Below the pieces are notes generated by a model. It was not told the DNA's origin. It saw only the letters and a list, made by a program, of their open reading frames with translations, and ran no database searches. Below are positions 12,771-22,593 of a DNA stretch of 64,000 bases, piece after piece; within the stretch, counting starts at the first letter, position 1; each line of letters starts with the position of its first letter. A program made the translations under genes and the position numbers. The stretch is from NCBI GenBank assembly GCA_035574235.1, contig DATLZA010000060.1, positions 2,231-66,230 on the forward strand, written 5' to 3'. This stretch comes from Planctomycetota bacterium. GTDB lineage: Bacteria; Planctomycetota; MHYJ01; JACPRB01.

Positions 12771-15650
12771 ATGGGCCCCGCCGTGTCGCGAACGGTTTTC
12801 CTGACCGCCGCCCTCCTGGCCCTTCCGCTCGGGGCCCAGGAGCCGCCCGCCGTCCCCGAGCGGATCCCGTGGACTTCCTCGCGCCTCACGGGATCTCCCG
12901 AGCCGCCTCCGCCCCTTCAGGCGGTGCGCGTCTTCCCCCACCTCTCCTTCCGCCGGCCCGTCCACCTCGTGCCCTTCCCCGACCACTCCCGCTACGTCCT
13001 CGTCGAGGAAGAGGGCAAACTCTGGACCTTTCGAAACGATCCGGCGTGCGAGAAACGCGACCTCCTCATCGACCTGCGCGCCGAGATCCGCGGCCTGGAA
13101 CGCGTGGAGGGCTGCAAAGGGGTCGCCTCCAGCTATGCGCTCGCGTTCGATCCCGACTTCGCGCGCAACCGCCGGTGCTACGTCATGTACGTCCTGGCCT
13201 CGAAGGACCGCCGCCCTCTCCCCGAAGGCTCGCGCGTCTCCCGCTTCCGCGTCACCGACACCGACCCGCCGCGCCTCGACCCCGCCGGCGAAGAAGTCCT
13301 CATCACCTGGCTCGCCGGCGGTCACAACGGCTGCGACCTCCAGTTCGGAAACGACGGGTACCTCTACATCTCGACGGGCGACGCGACCGATCCGTCGCCT
13401 CCGGACCGGCTCCGGACCGGCCAGAACGTGAGCGACCTCCTCTCCTCGATCCTCCGCATCGACGTCCGCCGCTCCGAGGGCGGCCGCCCCTACGCGATTC
13501 CGCCGGACAACCCCTTTGTGAACGTCCCGGGCGCCCGCCCGGAGATCTGGTGCTACGGGCTGCGCAATCCGTGGCGCATGAGCTTCGACCGCTCCACCGG
13601 CCACCTCTGGGTGGGCGACGTGGGCTGGGAACGCTGGGAACTCGTCATCTGCGCCGAACGGGGCGGCAACTACGGCTGGGCCGTCATGGAAGGCCCTTCG
13701 CCGTGCCTGCCTTCGGCCCCCCGCGGCCCCACCCCCATCCTCCCCCCGGCCGACGCCCTGCCCCACCCCGAGGCCGCCTCCATCACGGGCGGATTCGTCT
13801 ACCGCGGGCGGCGCCTGGCCGACTTCCGCGGCTGGTACTTCTACGGCGACTGGGAGACGCGCCGCGTCTGGGCCAACCCCGTCCGCGGAAACGCCCTCGG
13901 CGAACGCCGCGAAGTCGCCCGCACCGGCGCGCGCATCGTCGCCTTCGCCGAAGAGGCCGACGGCGAACTCCTCCTGCTCGACTACGAAGGCGGGGGCATC
14001 TACCGCCTCGAGCCCCGCGACGCCTCCGCCCGCAACGCCGAGTTCCCCCGCCTTCTGAGCGCCACGGGCCTCTTCGCCTCGGTGCCGGACCAGAAGCCCG
14101 CCCCCGGCGTCGTCCCCTACACCGTCCGCGTCCCCCGCTGGGCCGACGGCGCCGCCGCCCGCCGCTTCATCGCGATCCCCGGCCGCGACCCCATCCGCCA
14201 CGTGGACAAAAACCAGGCCTGGCCGCGCGAGAGCGTCTGGCCCCGCGACAGCGTCCTGGCCAAAACCCTCGCCCTCGACGGCCGGAACCTCGAGACGCAG
14301 ATCCTCCACTTCGACGGACAATCCTGGAACGCCTACAGCTACGTGTGGAACGAAGCCCAGTCGGACGCGACGCTGGCCCCGGCCCAGGGCGCGGAAATCG
14401 ACCTCGGAGGCGGACGGCGCTGGCGCGTCCCCGCCCGCGCGGCGTGCCTCACCTGCCATAACCCCTGGCCCGGCTACGCGCTCTCCTTCACCCCCGCGCA
14501 GCTCGATCTCCCGTGGGCCGGAAACGGACCCTCCCAGCTCGAGGTCTTCCGGCGGTGGGGATTCCTGCCAACGCCGCTTCCCCGCTTCAAAGCCCTGGCC
14601 GATCCGGCCGACCCGGCCGCCCCCCTCGACAGCCGCGCGCGCTCCTACCTGGCCGTCAACTGCTCTCCCTGCCATCGCTTCGGCGGCGGCGGCTCGGCGC
14701 GCATCGACCTGCGGCACGACATCCCTCTGGAGGACTGCCGCATCGTCGGCGAACGCCCGGTCCTCGGCGCCTTCGACCTGCCGGATCCCTACATCGTCGC
14801 CGGCGGCGATCCCGCCCGCTCCGTCCTCCTCTACCGCGTCTCCAAGCTCGGCCACGGACGGATGCCTCACCTGGGCTCCGAGGTCGTGGACCCCGCGGGC
14901 GTCGAGCTCCTGAGCCGGTGGATCGCGTCGCTGCCGCCCGGTCCCGTTTCTCCCCCGGCCCAGTCCGCCCGCGCCGAAGAGCGCCGGGCGCTGGAACGGG
15001 CCCGGGCCGGCGAGACGGACTCCCTCCCGCGCCTTCTGGCGACCCCGAGCGGAGCGCTCGACCTGCTCGTGACGCTTTCGGAACTCCCGGAAGGCGTCCG
15101 CGGGGAGGCCGTCCGCCGGGCGCTGGAGCTCGCGCCCGGCCCCGTGCGCGACCTCTACGAACGGTTCGAGCCGCCGGAACGGCGCCGCGAGCGGCTGGGC
15201 CCCTCGGTTCGCCCCGAGCGGATCCTCGGCCTTTCGGGCGACCCCGCGCGGGGACGCTCGCTCTTCGCCAACCCGTCGCTTCAGTGCTCCCGCTGCCACC
15301 GCGTCGGACCCGGACCCGAAACGCTCGGCCCGGACCTCTCGGGAGTGGGCTCGCGCCTGGGACGCGCCCGGATCCTCGAGGCGATTCTCGATCCCTCCCG
15401 CTCCGTGGACCCGAAGTACGCCGGCGTCACGCTCCGCACCCGCCGGGGGGACGTCCTCAGCGGGATTGTCGTGCGGCGCGACGAGCGCGAGCTCATCCTG
15501 CGCGACGTGGAAAAGGAAATCCGCCTGGCGACCGGCGAAATCGAGGCCGTGGCCCCTCAGGCGAAGTCCCTCATGCCCGAAGGGCTCCTCCAGCACCTGA
15601 CGGCGCAGGAGGCCGCGGACCTGCTCTCCTTCCTCGAATCGCTGCGATAA
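12771..15650 (+). CDS. PQQ-dependent sugar dehydrogenase (glucose/sorbosone dehydrogenase fold) fused to three c-type heme-binding motifs
   Basis: Signal peptide after the ATG at 12771. GGHNGCDLQFGNDGYLYISTGDA and GLRNPWRMSFD are beta-propeller motifs. CxxCH sites: CLTCH, CSPCH and CSRCH. Confidence 0.8.
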   Translation: MGPAVSRTVFLTAALLALPLGAQEPPAVPERIPWTSSRLTGSPEPPPPLQAVRVFPHLSFRRPVHLVPFPDHSRYVLVEEEGKLWTFRNDPACEKRDLLIDLRAEIRGLERVEGCKGVASSYALAFDPDFARNRRCYVMYVLASKDRRPLPEGSRVSRFRVTDTDPPRLDPAGEEVLITWLAGGHNGCDLQFGNDGYLYISTGDATDPSPPDRLRTGQNVSDLLSSILRIDVRRSEGGRPYAIPPDNPFVNVPGARPEIWCYGLRNPWRMSFDRSTGHLWVGDVGWERWELVICAERGGNYGWAVMEGPSPCLPSAPRGPTPILPPADALPHPEAASITGGFVYRGRRLADFRGWYFYGDWETRRVWANPVRGNALGERREVARTGARIVAFAEEADGELLLLDYEGGGIYRLEPRDASARNAEFPRLLSATGLFASVPDQKPAPGVVPYTVRVPRWADGAAARRFIAIPGRDPIRHVDKNQAWPRESVWPRDSVLAKTLALDGRNLETQILHFDGQSWNAYSYVWNEAQSDATLAPAQGAEIDLGGGRRWRVPARAACLTCHNPWPGYALSFTPAQLDLPWAGNGPSQLEVFRRWGFLPTPLPRFKALADPADPAAPLDSRARSYLAVNCSPCHRFGGGGSARIDLRHDIPLEDCRIVGERPVLGAFDLPDPYIVAGGDPARSVLLYRVSKLGHGRMPHLGSEVVDPAGVELLSRWIASLPPGPVSPPAQSARAEERRALERARAGETDSLPRLLATPSGALDLLVTLSELPEGVRGEAVRRALELAPGPVRDLYERFEPPERRRERLGPSVRPERILGLSGDPARGRSLFANPSLQCSRCHRVGPGPETLGPDLSGVGSRLGRARILEAILDPSRSVDPKYAGVTLRTRRGDVLSGIVVRRDERELILRDVEKEIRLATGEIEAVAPQAKSLMPEGLLQHLTAQEAADLLSFLESLR

Positions 15651-17859
15651 GCGACGCCAGCCCGAAGATCGCCGCCGCCAGCGCCGACGCCGCCCCCGCG
15701 CCGACCGCGGCGGGCTCGAACGAGAACTTCACGACATGCTCTCCCTCCGGAAGCGCGACCGCCATGAGCGAATGATCGGCGCGGCGGATCGGAACCTCCC
15801 GGCCGTTCGCCCGGCAAACCCATCCGCGGTGGTGGTTCTCGCTCACCACAAGGACCGCCGGTCGGAGGCATCGAACGCGAAACTCCAGGCGCCCGGCGCG
15901 CTCGACCGATCCTTCGGGTTCGCCCTCTTCGAATCCCTCCAGGGGCGCCTCGAGAAGGACGACCCGGCCCGGATCGAACGACGGATCGGCCAGGCGCCGG
16001 AGACGGTCGGCCGGATCGGGCCTCGCTTCGACGCGCCCCACGAGCCACGCCCGCGGCAGGGCATCCAGCGCCACTTCGCCCCCCGGCGTGAGCGCCGCGC
16101 GGACTCCGAGAAGCCGAAGCGCCCTCGGGGCGTCCAGATCGAATTCCACCGAAGCCTCGCCCGTGCGTCCTCCGAGCGCCTCCGCCAGCTCCGCGTAGGT
16201 CCGGGGAACGAGGCTTTGAAACCCTTCGGGCGTCGGGCGTCCGTACAAGGCGAGATAGTTGCGGAACCCGCGGCGAAGGTAGGCGCTCTCCAGCGTCACG
16301 ATGGATCGCTCCTCCCGGGGAAGACGCGCGAGCGCCGGCGGCTCCGGCGGCAATCCCTCGAACGCCGGGTTGTAGGCCAGGAAGCCCGGGAGAAGATCCG
16401 CCAGAATCGCCGCGAGAAGCGCCGCGGCTTTCCAGGCCGGCCGGAGCGCGAGCCGCGCCGCGGCGAACGCGGCCGCCGAGGCCACGGCCGCGACCGCCAG
16501 CGCCCGATAGGCGGAGTTGCTCAGCGAAATCCAGGTCGCTCCGCGCGCCAGGCCGACCAGCCCCACGAGCGCCGTCCCCGCGGCGCCCGCAACGACGAGC
16601 CTTCCCCATCGGCGGTCGATTCCGCCCGCCAGCGCCCGATCCGCTCCGAGCGCCGCCAGCGTCGCCGCCGCGAAGGCGAAAAGAAAAAGACGATGGGGAC
16701 GGAGAAACTCGAGGCCCGGAATGAGCGTCTTGAGAGCCCACCAGGCGGGGAAAAGCGTCGCCGCCGCCAGCGTCCCCAGGGCCACCGCCGCCGCGAAGCG
16801 CCCCCGTCGGCCCGCGTGAAAGGCCAGCACCAGCGGCGCCAGCCCCATGTATCCCTGGAACTCGAAGAAACTGAGGCCGAACCACGGATGGATCACATCC
16901 GCACGGTCCAGGGGACTTCCGAACGCCCGCGGCCAGAGGAGCGTCAGAAGCAGTCCGGGCGTCCGCCACGGACGCGGAAAAGCGGACGCGTCGCCGTACG
17001 CCGTCTTCTGGGAGGCGGCCAGGCTCTCGAGGAAGGGCAGAAGCTGAATCGCTCCGAACCCCAGGCCCGCCCCCCCGAAAAGCGCCGCCGCGCGGAGCGT
17101 CCACCGGACGCCCACCTGAGGGAGACGGGCCATCGCATAGAGCGCCGCCCAGACAAGCGCCAGGAAGGAGAGCTGCGGGTGGCTTCCGAGGAAAAGCGCC
17201 GCCCAGAGCGCCCCCGCGGCGAAGACCCACCCCGGCGCGCGCCGCTCGAAGCCCCGGTGGAGCGACGCCGCCAGGAGAGGAAGAAGAGACGCCGCCACAG
17301 GACCGGCGCCGTACTTGAACCACACCATCTGCTGGCCGCACAGCATCCAGACCGCCGCCCCCAGGAGGCTCGCCGCCCCCGACGCCCCGAGCGTGCGCCC
17401 CCACGCGAACATCGCGGGACCCGAAGCGAAAAAGTGAAGCAGGATGAAGAGGTCGAGCGCCAGAAACGGAGGCAGCGCCGCGTAGGAGAGGATCCGGAGC
17501 GGATGGAACGTCCCCACCTGCGGATCCCCCAGGATGGGGACACCGCAGAGAAGGTCGCTGTTCCAGAGGAGAAGGCGCCCTTCTTCCTGAAGCGCCCGCG
17601 CCGCCGCCACGGCGTGGACGGCGTTGAACTCGACAATGTCCTGATGAAGCCGGTTTCGGAGATGCGCGTCCGTCGCGCCCGGCGGGCCCCAGGGTTCGCG
17701 CGCGGTCAGGAATTCCGTGGGAACGAACGTCTTTCCGGCGAAAAGGACATCCCGGCCCACGAGAATCGTGAGCGCGAGCGAAAGCGCCAGGCACGCCCCG
17801 AGGCTTTTGTCCTTCACGGCCGGCCCGAGGATTGTACGTTCCGGCGGGCCGCGGACCAC
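15571..17859 (-). CDS. Large polytopic membrane protein, YfhO/glycosyltransferase-like
   Basis: 762 aa with more than 10 hydrophobic segments in the N-terminal 500 aa and a soluble C-terminal domain. Overall architecture resembles the YfhO family. Convergent 80-nt overlap with the preceding gene. Confidence 0.55.
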   Translation of the reverse strand: MVRGPPERTILGPAVKDKSLGACLALSLALTILVGRDVLFAGKTFVPTEFLTAREPWGPPGATDAHLRNRLHQDIVEFNAVHAVAAARALQEEGRLLLWNSDLLCGVPILGDPQVGTFHPLRILSYAALPPFLALDLFILLHFFASGPAMFAWGRTLGASGAASLLGAAVWMLCGQQMVWFKYGAGPVAASLLPLLAASLHRGFERRAPGWVFAAGALWAALFLGSHPQLSFLALVWAALYAMARLPQVGVRWTLRAAALFGGAGLGFGAIQLLPFLESLAASQKTAYGDASAFPRPWRTPGLLLTLLWPRAFGSPLDRADVIHPWFGLSFFEFQGYMGLAPLVLAFHAGRRGRFAAAVALGTLAAATLFPAWWALKTLIPGLEFLRPHRLFLFAFAAATLAALGADRALAGGIDRRWGRLVVAGAAGTALVGLVGLARGATWISLSNSAYRALAVAAVASAAAFAAARLALRPAWKAAALLAAILADLLPGFLAYNPAFEGLPPEPPALARLPREERSIVTLESAYLRRGFRNYLALYGRPTPEGFQSLVPRTYAELAEALGGRTGEASVEFDLDAPRALRLLGVRAALTPGGEVALDALPRAWLVGRVEARPDPADRLRRLADPSFDPGRVVLLEAPLEGFEEGEPEGSVERAGRLEFRVRCLRPAVLVVSENHHRGWVCRANGREVPIRRADHSLMAVALPEGEHVVKFSFEPAAVGAGAASALAAAIFGLASLIAAIRGRRAGPRPPAPSGAGGALRA

Positions 17860-17923
17860 CGGATCCTTGCAGATCCTTCGGCGAAGGGGAAAATGGAAAG
17901 CCGTTCATGGAATCGCATCGAGG

Positions 17924-18823
17924 ATGGAGGCTCCCGTGAAAATACTCCTTCTGGCGATCGTTCTGGTCGGATCGGTGCAGGAACGCCCTCCCTCTCCTCT
18001 CACGGGACCCCGCGTCGAGCTCTGGCCGGAAGGCGCGCCCGGGGCCGTGGGCCGCGAAGAGGCGGATCGCCCTTCTCTTTCGATCTACGCGGCGCCTCCG
18101 GACAAGGCGTGCGGCACGGCGGTCGTCGTGTGTCCCGGAGGAGGCTACGGCATGCTTGCGCTCGACCACGAAGGGCACCAGGTGGCCCGGTGGCTCAACG
18201 ACCGCGGCGTCAGCGCCTTCGTTCTTCGATACCGCATCGCGCCCCGCTACCGCCATCCGGCGCCGCTCCAGGACGTTCAGCGGGCGATCCGCTGGGTCCG
18301 CTCCCGGGCCGGAGAATACGGCGTGGACCCCGCGCGGATCGGCGTCTGGGGATTCTCCGCGGGAGGGCATCTCGCCTCCACCGCCGCCACGCACTTCGAG
18401 GACGGACGTCCCGAGGCCCCGGATCCCGTGGAGCGCGTCTCCTGCCGTCCGGATTTCGCGATCCTCGTCTACCCGGTGATCACCCTCCGCGGGCCGCACG
18501 CGCATCGGGGGTCCCGGAAGAACCTCCTGGGGGATCGCGAGACCGACCCGGCGCTTCTGGAGGATCTTTCGACCGAAAACCGCGTGACGCCCCGAACGCC
18601 GCCCGTTTTTCTCCTGCACACGACGGGGGACAAGGGAGTTCCGCCGGAAAACAGCATCGACTTCTATCTCGCCTGCCGCAAGGCGGGAGTGCCGGCGGAG
18701 CTTCACATCTACGAAAACGGCCCGCACGGGTTCGGACTGGGAGGCAGGGATCCGGTGCTCTCCACCTGGCCCGACCGTTTGGCCGACTGGATGAAGGCGC
18801 GCGGCCTTCTGGAGAAGCGATGA
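17924..18823 (+). CDS. Alpha/beta hydrolase (esterase/lipase-type), secreted
   Basis: Signal peptide MEAPVKILLLAIVLVGS. Oxyanion VVCPGGGY and nucleophile elbow GFSAGGH. Start moved to the ATG at 17924. Confidence 0.75.
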   Translation: MEAPVKILLLAIVLVGSVQERPPSPLTGPRVELWPEGAPGAVGREEADRPSLSIYAAPPDKACGTAVVVCPGGGYGMLALDHEGHQVARWLNDRGVSAFVLRYRIAPRYRHPAPLQDVQRAIRWVRSRAGEYGVDPARIGVWGFSAGGHLASTAATHFEDGRPEAPDPVERVSCRPDFAILVYPVITLRGPHAHRGSRKNLLGDRETDPALLEDLSTENRVTPRTPPVFLLHTTGDKGVPPENSIDFYLACRKAGVPAELHIYENGPHGFGLGGRDPVLSTWPDRLADWMKARGLLEKR

Positions 18824-19782
18824 TCCATCCCGACGCGGTTTCGCTCATCGGCCGAACGCCCGTGGTCGAGCTGGCCCGGCTGACGCGGGGCCGGCGCGGA
18901 TCCCTCTTCGCCAAGATCGAGTATCTGAGCCCCGGGTTCAGCAAGAAGGACCGGATCGCGCGGCGGATCGTGGAGGACGCGCTGGCGGCGGGCCGGCTGC
19001 GTCCCGGGGACACGGTGGTCGAGCTGACGAGCGGAAACACGGGAACGGGGCTGGCCATCGTCTGCGCGCTCCGGGGGCTGCGGTTCGTGGCGGTGATGTC
19101 GGCGGGCAATTCCGTGGAGCGCCGGCGGATGATGGAGGCCCTCGGAGCGCGCGTGGAGGTCGTGCCCCAGGCGCCGGGCTCCCCGCCGGGCCGGGTCTCC
19201 GGCGAGGACCTGGCGCGGGCGGAGCGGCGGGCGGAGGAGCTCGTGCGGGAGCTGGGGGCGTTCCGGGCCGATCAGTTCGCCAACCCCTCGAACGTGCGCG
19301 CCCACGAGGAAGGCACCGGCGAGGAGATCTGGGCGGACCTCGGAGCGCGGGTGACGGCGTTCTGCGACCTGGCGGGCTCCGGCGGCACGTTCGTGGGCGT
19401 GGCGCGGGCGCTCAAGCGCCGGAAGCCTTCGGTGCGCTGCTACGCGGTCGAGCCCGCCTCGGCCCCTTTCCTGGCGGGCCGGCCGGTGACGGATCCCCGC
19501 CACCGGCTCCAGGGCGGCGGCTACGCGCGCCCGCTGCCGCTCTGGGACCCGGCGCTCGTGGACGGCTACCTGGCCGTGACGGACGAGGAGGCGATGCGGT
19601 GGGCCCGCGAGCTGGCGCGGCGCGAAGGAATCTTCGGGGGCTTTTCGACGGGGGCGAACCTCGCGGCGGCGATGCGCCTTTTGGAGCAGGCGCAGGGGGA
19701 TCCCGAGCCCCCGGGGATCGTTTTTCTCGTCAACGATTCGGGCCTCAAGTACCTGAGCACGGATCTCTGGGAGGCCCCGTAA
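18820..19782 (+). CDS. cysK: Cysteine synthase / PLP-dependent beta-replacement enzyme (CysK/CysM family)
   Basis: PLP-lysine motif SPGFSKKDR, plus TSGNTG and GSGGT loops. The ATG overlaps the upstream stop (ATGA). Confidence 0.8.
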   Translation: MIHPDAVSLIGRTPVVELARLTRGRRGSLFAKIEYLSPGFSKKDRIARRIVEDALAAGRLRPGDTVVELTSGNTGTGLAIVCALRGLRFVAVMSAGNSVERRRMMEALGARVEVVPQAPGSPPGRVSGEDLARAERRAEELVRELGAFRADQFANPSNVRAHEEGTGEEIWADLGARVTAFCDLAGSGGTFVGVARALKRRKPSVRCYAVEPASAPFLAGRPVTDPRHRLQGGGYARPLPLWDPALVDGYLAVTDEEAMRWARELARREGIFGGFSTGANLAAAMRLLEQAQGDPEPPGIVFLVNDSGLKYLSTDLWEAP

Positions 19783-19842
19783 GGATTCTTCGCCCCCAGG
19801 GGTCGTCATGATATCCTGAAAAGCCGCTTGGAGGGTCGGATC

Positions 19843-20817
19843 ATGAGATCGCTGATCGGACTTATGGTGGTCGCGCTCGCCTCGCCCCTGGCCTCCGCCG
19901 CGGGCGGCCCTCAGGAGAAACTCCGGGCGCTCATCATCGACGGGCAGAACAATCATGGAGCCTGGCCGAAAACGACCGCGATGATGAAGAAATATCTTGA
20001 GGAGACGGGGCTCTTCACGGTGGACGTGGAGCGCACGGCCTTCACCTGGAAGGGCGGCGATCTCGTCAAGCAGTACCCCGTGCCGGGGAAGGAAACGACG
20101 GATCTTCCGCAGCCCAAGGCGGACCCGAACTTCAAGCCCGATTTCTCGAAATACCGGGTTGTGATCTCCAATTTCGGCTGGAACGCCGCTCCCTGGCCGG
20201 ACGAGACGCGCGCCGCGTTCGAGGCGTACGTCCGCAACGGCGGAGGCCTCGTCATCGTCCACGCCGCCAACAATTCGTTCGGCGACTGGCCGGAATACAA
20301 CCGCATGATCGGACTCGGCGGCTGGGGCGGCCGCAACGAGAAGACGGGGCCCTACGTGTACTTCGACGCCTCCGGCCGCGAGGTGCGGGACACCGCCCCC
20401 GGTCCCGGCGGCGCGCACGGTCCGGAGCACGAATTCCAGATCGTGATCCGCGACGCCTCCCACCCGATCACGCGGGGGCTCCCCGAGAAGTGGATGCACG
20501 CCAGGGACGAGCTCTATGACCGCCTGCGCGGGCCGGCCGAGAACATGAAGATCCTGGCGACCGCCTGGTCGGATCCCTCCAAACGCGGCACCGGGCGGCA
20601 CGAGCCCATGCTCCTGACGGTCGAGTACGGCAAGGGGCGCGTCTTCCATACCCCGATGGGTCACGCGGATTATTCGATGGAGTGCGTGGGCTTCATCGTC
20701 TGCTTCCAGCGCGGGACCGAATGGGCGGCGACGGGCCGGGTCACGCGGACCGACGTCCCGCCCGATTTCCCCGCGGCCGACAGGGTGAGCGTCCGAAAGT
20801 TCGCTGCGAACCGATAG
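19843..20817 (+). CDS. ThuA-domain (trehalose-utilisation-like) protein, secreted
   Basis: Signal peptide MRSLIGLMVVALASPLASA. LIIDGQNNH...GGGLVIVHAANNSF...GRVFHTPMGH matches the ThuA pattern. GGAGGG lies 8 nt upstream of the ATG at 19843. Confidence 0.7.
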   Translation: MRSLIGLMVVALASPLASAAGGPQEKLRALIIDGQNNHGAWPKTTAMMKKYLEETGLFTVDVERTAFTWKGGDLVKQYPVPGKETTDLPQPKADPNFKPDFSKYRVVISNFGWNAAPWPDETRAAFEAYVRNGGGLVIVHAANNSFGDWPEYNRMIGLGGWGGRNEKTGPYVYFDASGREVRDTAPGPGGAHGPEHEFQIVIRDASHPITRGLPEKWMHARDELYDRLRGPAENMKILATAWSDPSKRGTGRHEPMLLTVEYGKGRVFHTPMGHADYSMECVGFIVCFQRGTEWAATGRVTRTDVPPDFPAADRVSVRKFAANR

Positions 20818-20826
20818 GGAGATCCC

Positions 20827-21852
20827 ATGAAACCTGCGGAGCCGACGCTCGACCAGTGGCGCGATCTTTACGACGCGGCGGCCGCGTTCCGGGACCTGGC
20901 GCCCTGGCGGTGGATGTCCGACGGGGAGCTTTTCGCCGTCCGGCATCCGGAAACGGGGGAAACCCTTTATTGCTGCGTGCTCGGGACCTTGGGGGAAGTC
21001 CTGGGCATGCTCGTTTATCCGGGCGCGAACGGCTATCGCTTCTACCGGAGGATGCAGCGGGAGGAGGTGCAGCCGACCGATCCGGATATCCTTCTCTATC
21101 TGCACACGCTGAATGTCGAGTTCCACGACCGCGCCGCGCTGGACGCCCGGGATCGCAAAGTCCTCAAGGAGCTGGGACTCTCCTTTCACGGTCCCCGGGC
21201 GTGGCCCCTCTTTCGCAGCTATCGGCCGCTTCTGTATCCGTGGTATCTTTCGGAGCAGGAAGCGTCGTGCCTGACGGTGGCGCTCCGACAGGCGCTGGAC
21301 GTCTGCCGCCGCGCCGAGAAGAACCGGAAGCTCTTCGAAGCGCCGGATGGAAAAAGCATTCTGACGCGGGTGGAGTCCGGCGCGGACTGGTCGGACGTCT
21401 GGACGGCGCCTCCTTCGGAAACGGAGGAGCCGCCGCGGCTCCCGCCCGTGCCGGAGAAGGATCTCGAACTTCTTCGGAAGGCCCCCGGCGTTCGATCCGC
21501 GACCTGGGAGGCCGATTTCACGGCGGCCCCGGCATGGATCCGCCCCGGGCCGGTGGTCCGTCCGTACCGGCCCGTGCTCTGCATTCTGGCCGACCACGAC
21601 ACGGGAAAGGTCCTGGCGGCGGACCTGGAGGAGCCGGACGACCCGCCCCGCGTTTTTCGCGACCGGTTCCTGAAGTGGGTGAACCTGAAGAGTCCCCGGC
21701 CGCGCGCCCTTCGGGTCCGCAAGCCGGCCGCCTTTGCCGCGCTGGAGCCGGTGGCGGCGGCGCTCGGGATCGAGATCCGTCTTCAGCCCCGCCTGCGGGC
21801 GGTCGAGCCGGCCCTGGCGAGCCTGCGGCAGCATATGAGCCGGCCGTCGTAG
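20827..21852 (+). CDS. Conserved hypothetical protein
   Basis: 341 aa with normal composition. No motif I can assign. Confidence 0.5.
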   Translation: MKPAEPTLDQWRDLYDAAAAFRDLAPWRWMSDGELFAVRHPETGETLYCCVLGTLGEVLGMLVYPGANGYRFYRRMQREEVQPTDPDILLYLHTLNVEFHDRAALDARDRKVLKELGLSFHGPRAWPLFRSYRPLLYPWYLSEQEASCLTVALRQALDVCRRAEKNRKLFEAPDGKSILTRVESGADWSDVWTAPPSETEEPPRLPPVPEKDLELLRKAPGVRSATWEADFTAAPAWIRPGPVVRPYRPVLCILADHDTGKVLAADLEEPDDPPRVFRDRFLKWVNLKSPRPRALRVRKPAAFAALEPVAAALGIEIRLQPRLRAVEPALASLRQHMSRPS

Positions 21853-21883
21853 TCCGGAAGGAACGGCCGCCCCCGCGAGGCTC

Positions 21884-22318
21884 TTAGTCCGGCGGCGTCG
21901 TCAGAGGCAAAGGCTTGCCTTCTTGTACGAGCCGGACGCCGCGCGCAAAGAGAGTATGGAACCGGGATTCCGTCATCCCTGTGGCCATGTCGGTCGCCAC
22001 GCGACGCCGCGAGATCACGGTCACCTTGGTGGTTCCGGAATCCACGGATTCCACCCAGACGCCGACCACGGAGCCCGCGGACACGTAGTTCGCGCCGATC
22101 GTCGTGAGCATGTACCCGCCCTCTTTATGTTCCTCGATGGCGTCGGCGCGCTCCCATCGCAGGACGGACCGCGAAAGGTTCCAGGCCTTTTCGAGATCGA
22201 CGGGATACACCTGCGCGGTCCCCTCGCCCTTCTCGCGGGCCACAAGCACCGCGTTGACGCCTCGAACGCACCCCGCCAGGATCACCAGCACGCCGATTCC
22301 CAGGAACGTCTGCCTCAT
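21884..22318 (-). CDS. Hypothetical lipoprotein
   Basis: N-terminal MRQTFLGIGVLVILAGC lipobox. Confidence 0.6.
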   Translation of the reverse strand: MRQTFLGIGVLVILAGCVRGVNAVLVAREKGEGTAQVYPVDLEKAWNLSRSVLRWERADAIEEHKEGGYMLTTIGANYVSAGSVVGVWVESVDSGTTKVTVISRRRVATDMATGMTESRFHTLFARGVRLVQEGKPLPLTTPPD

Positions 22319-22456
22319 CGGACCTCCTCATAAATCTCCGTTTCCAGGAAGTCAGCCCATCCGTGCTGCTCTCGACCGCGGAAATGGCATCACGCCGCTC
22401 GAACGCCCGGGGACTGAGCCGCGCGGAACGACGTGAAAAAGGGCGAAGAACGAAAA

Positions 22457-22529
22457 TGGGCGCTACAGGACTCGAACCTGTGACCTCTTGGGTGTGATCC
22501 AAGCGCTCTACCAACTGAGCTAAGCGCCC
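22457..22529 (-). tRNA. tRNA-Val (anticodon CAC)
   Basis: The reverse complement folds as GGGCGCT-TA-GCTC AGTTGGTA GAGC-G-CTTGG ATCACAC CCAAG-AGGTC-ACAGG TTCGAGT CCTGT-AGCGCCC-A. CCA is not encoded. Confidence 0.9.
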
Positions 22530-22593
22530 GTGAGCGATCGCTCCCAGTGTAGTGAACGACCCCGCCCAAATCAAACTCTTTGCGGGGCTTCGA

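Noticed and set aside
10487-12889. Very long ORFs antisense to, or out of frame with, recognisable genes. Examples: 10487-12889, 10807-12804, 12711-15596, 15557-18727, 15736-19782, 18709-21834, 34396-35895, 34638-40157, 45631-48564, 48381-50189, 55819-58305 and 60999-62657.
   Set aside because: They are extremely Arg/Gly/Pro/Ala-rich and carry no motifs. Each overlaps a gene with clear family signatures on the other strand or in another frame. Long stop-free antisense frames are expected at about 70% GC.
15571-15650. The 80-nt convergent overlap between the PQQ/cytochrome gene and the YfhO-like gene, considered as a possible antisense regulatory arrangement.
   Set aside because: More likely the YfhO-like C-terminal tail (Pro/Ala/Gly-rich, ...RRAGPRPPAPSGAGGALRA) is over-extended read-through of a GC-rich frame. 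There is no independent evidence of function.
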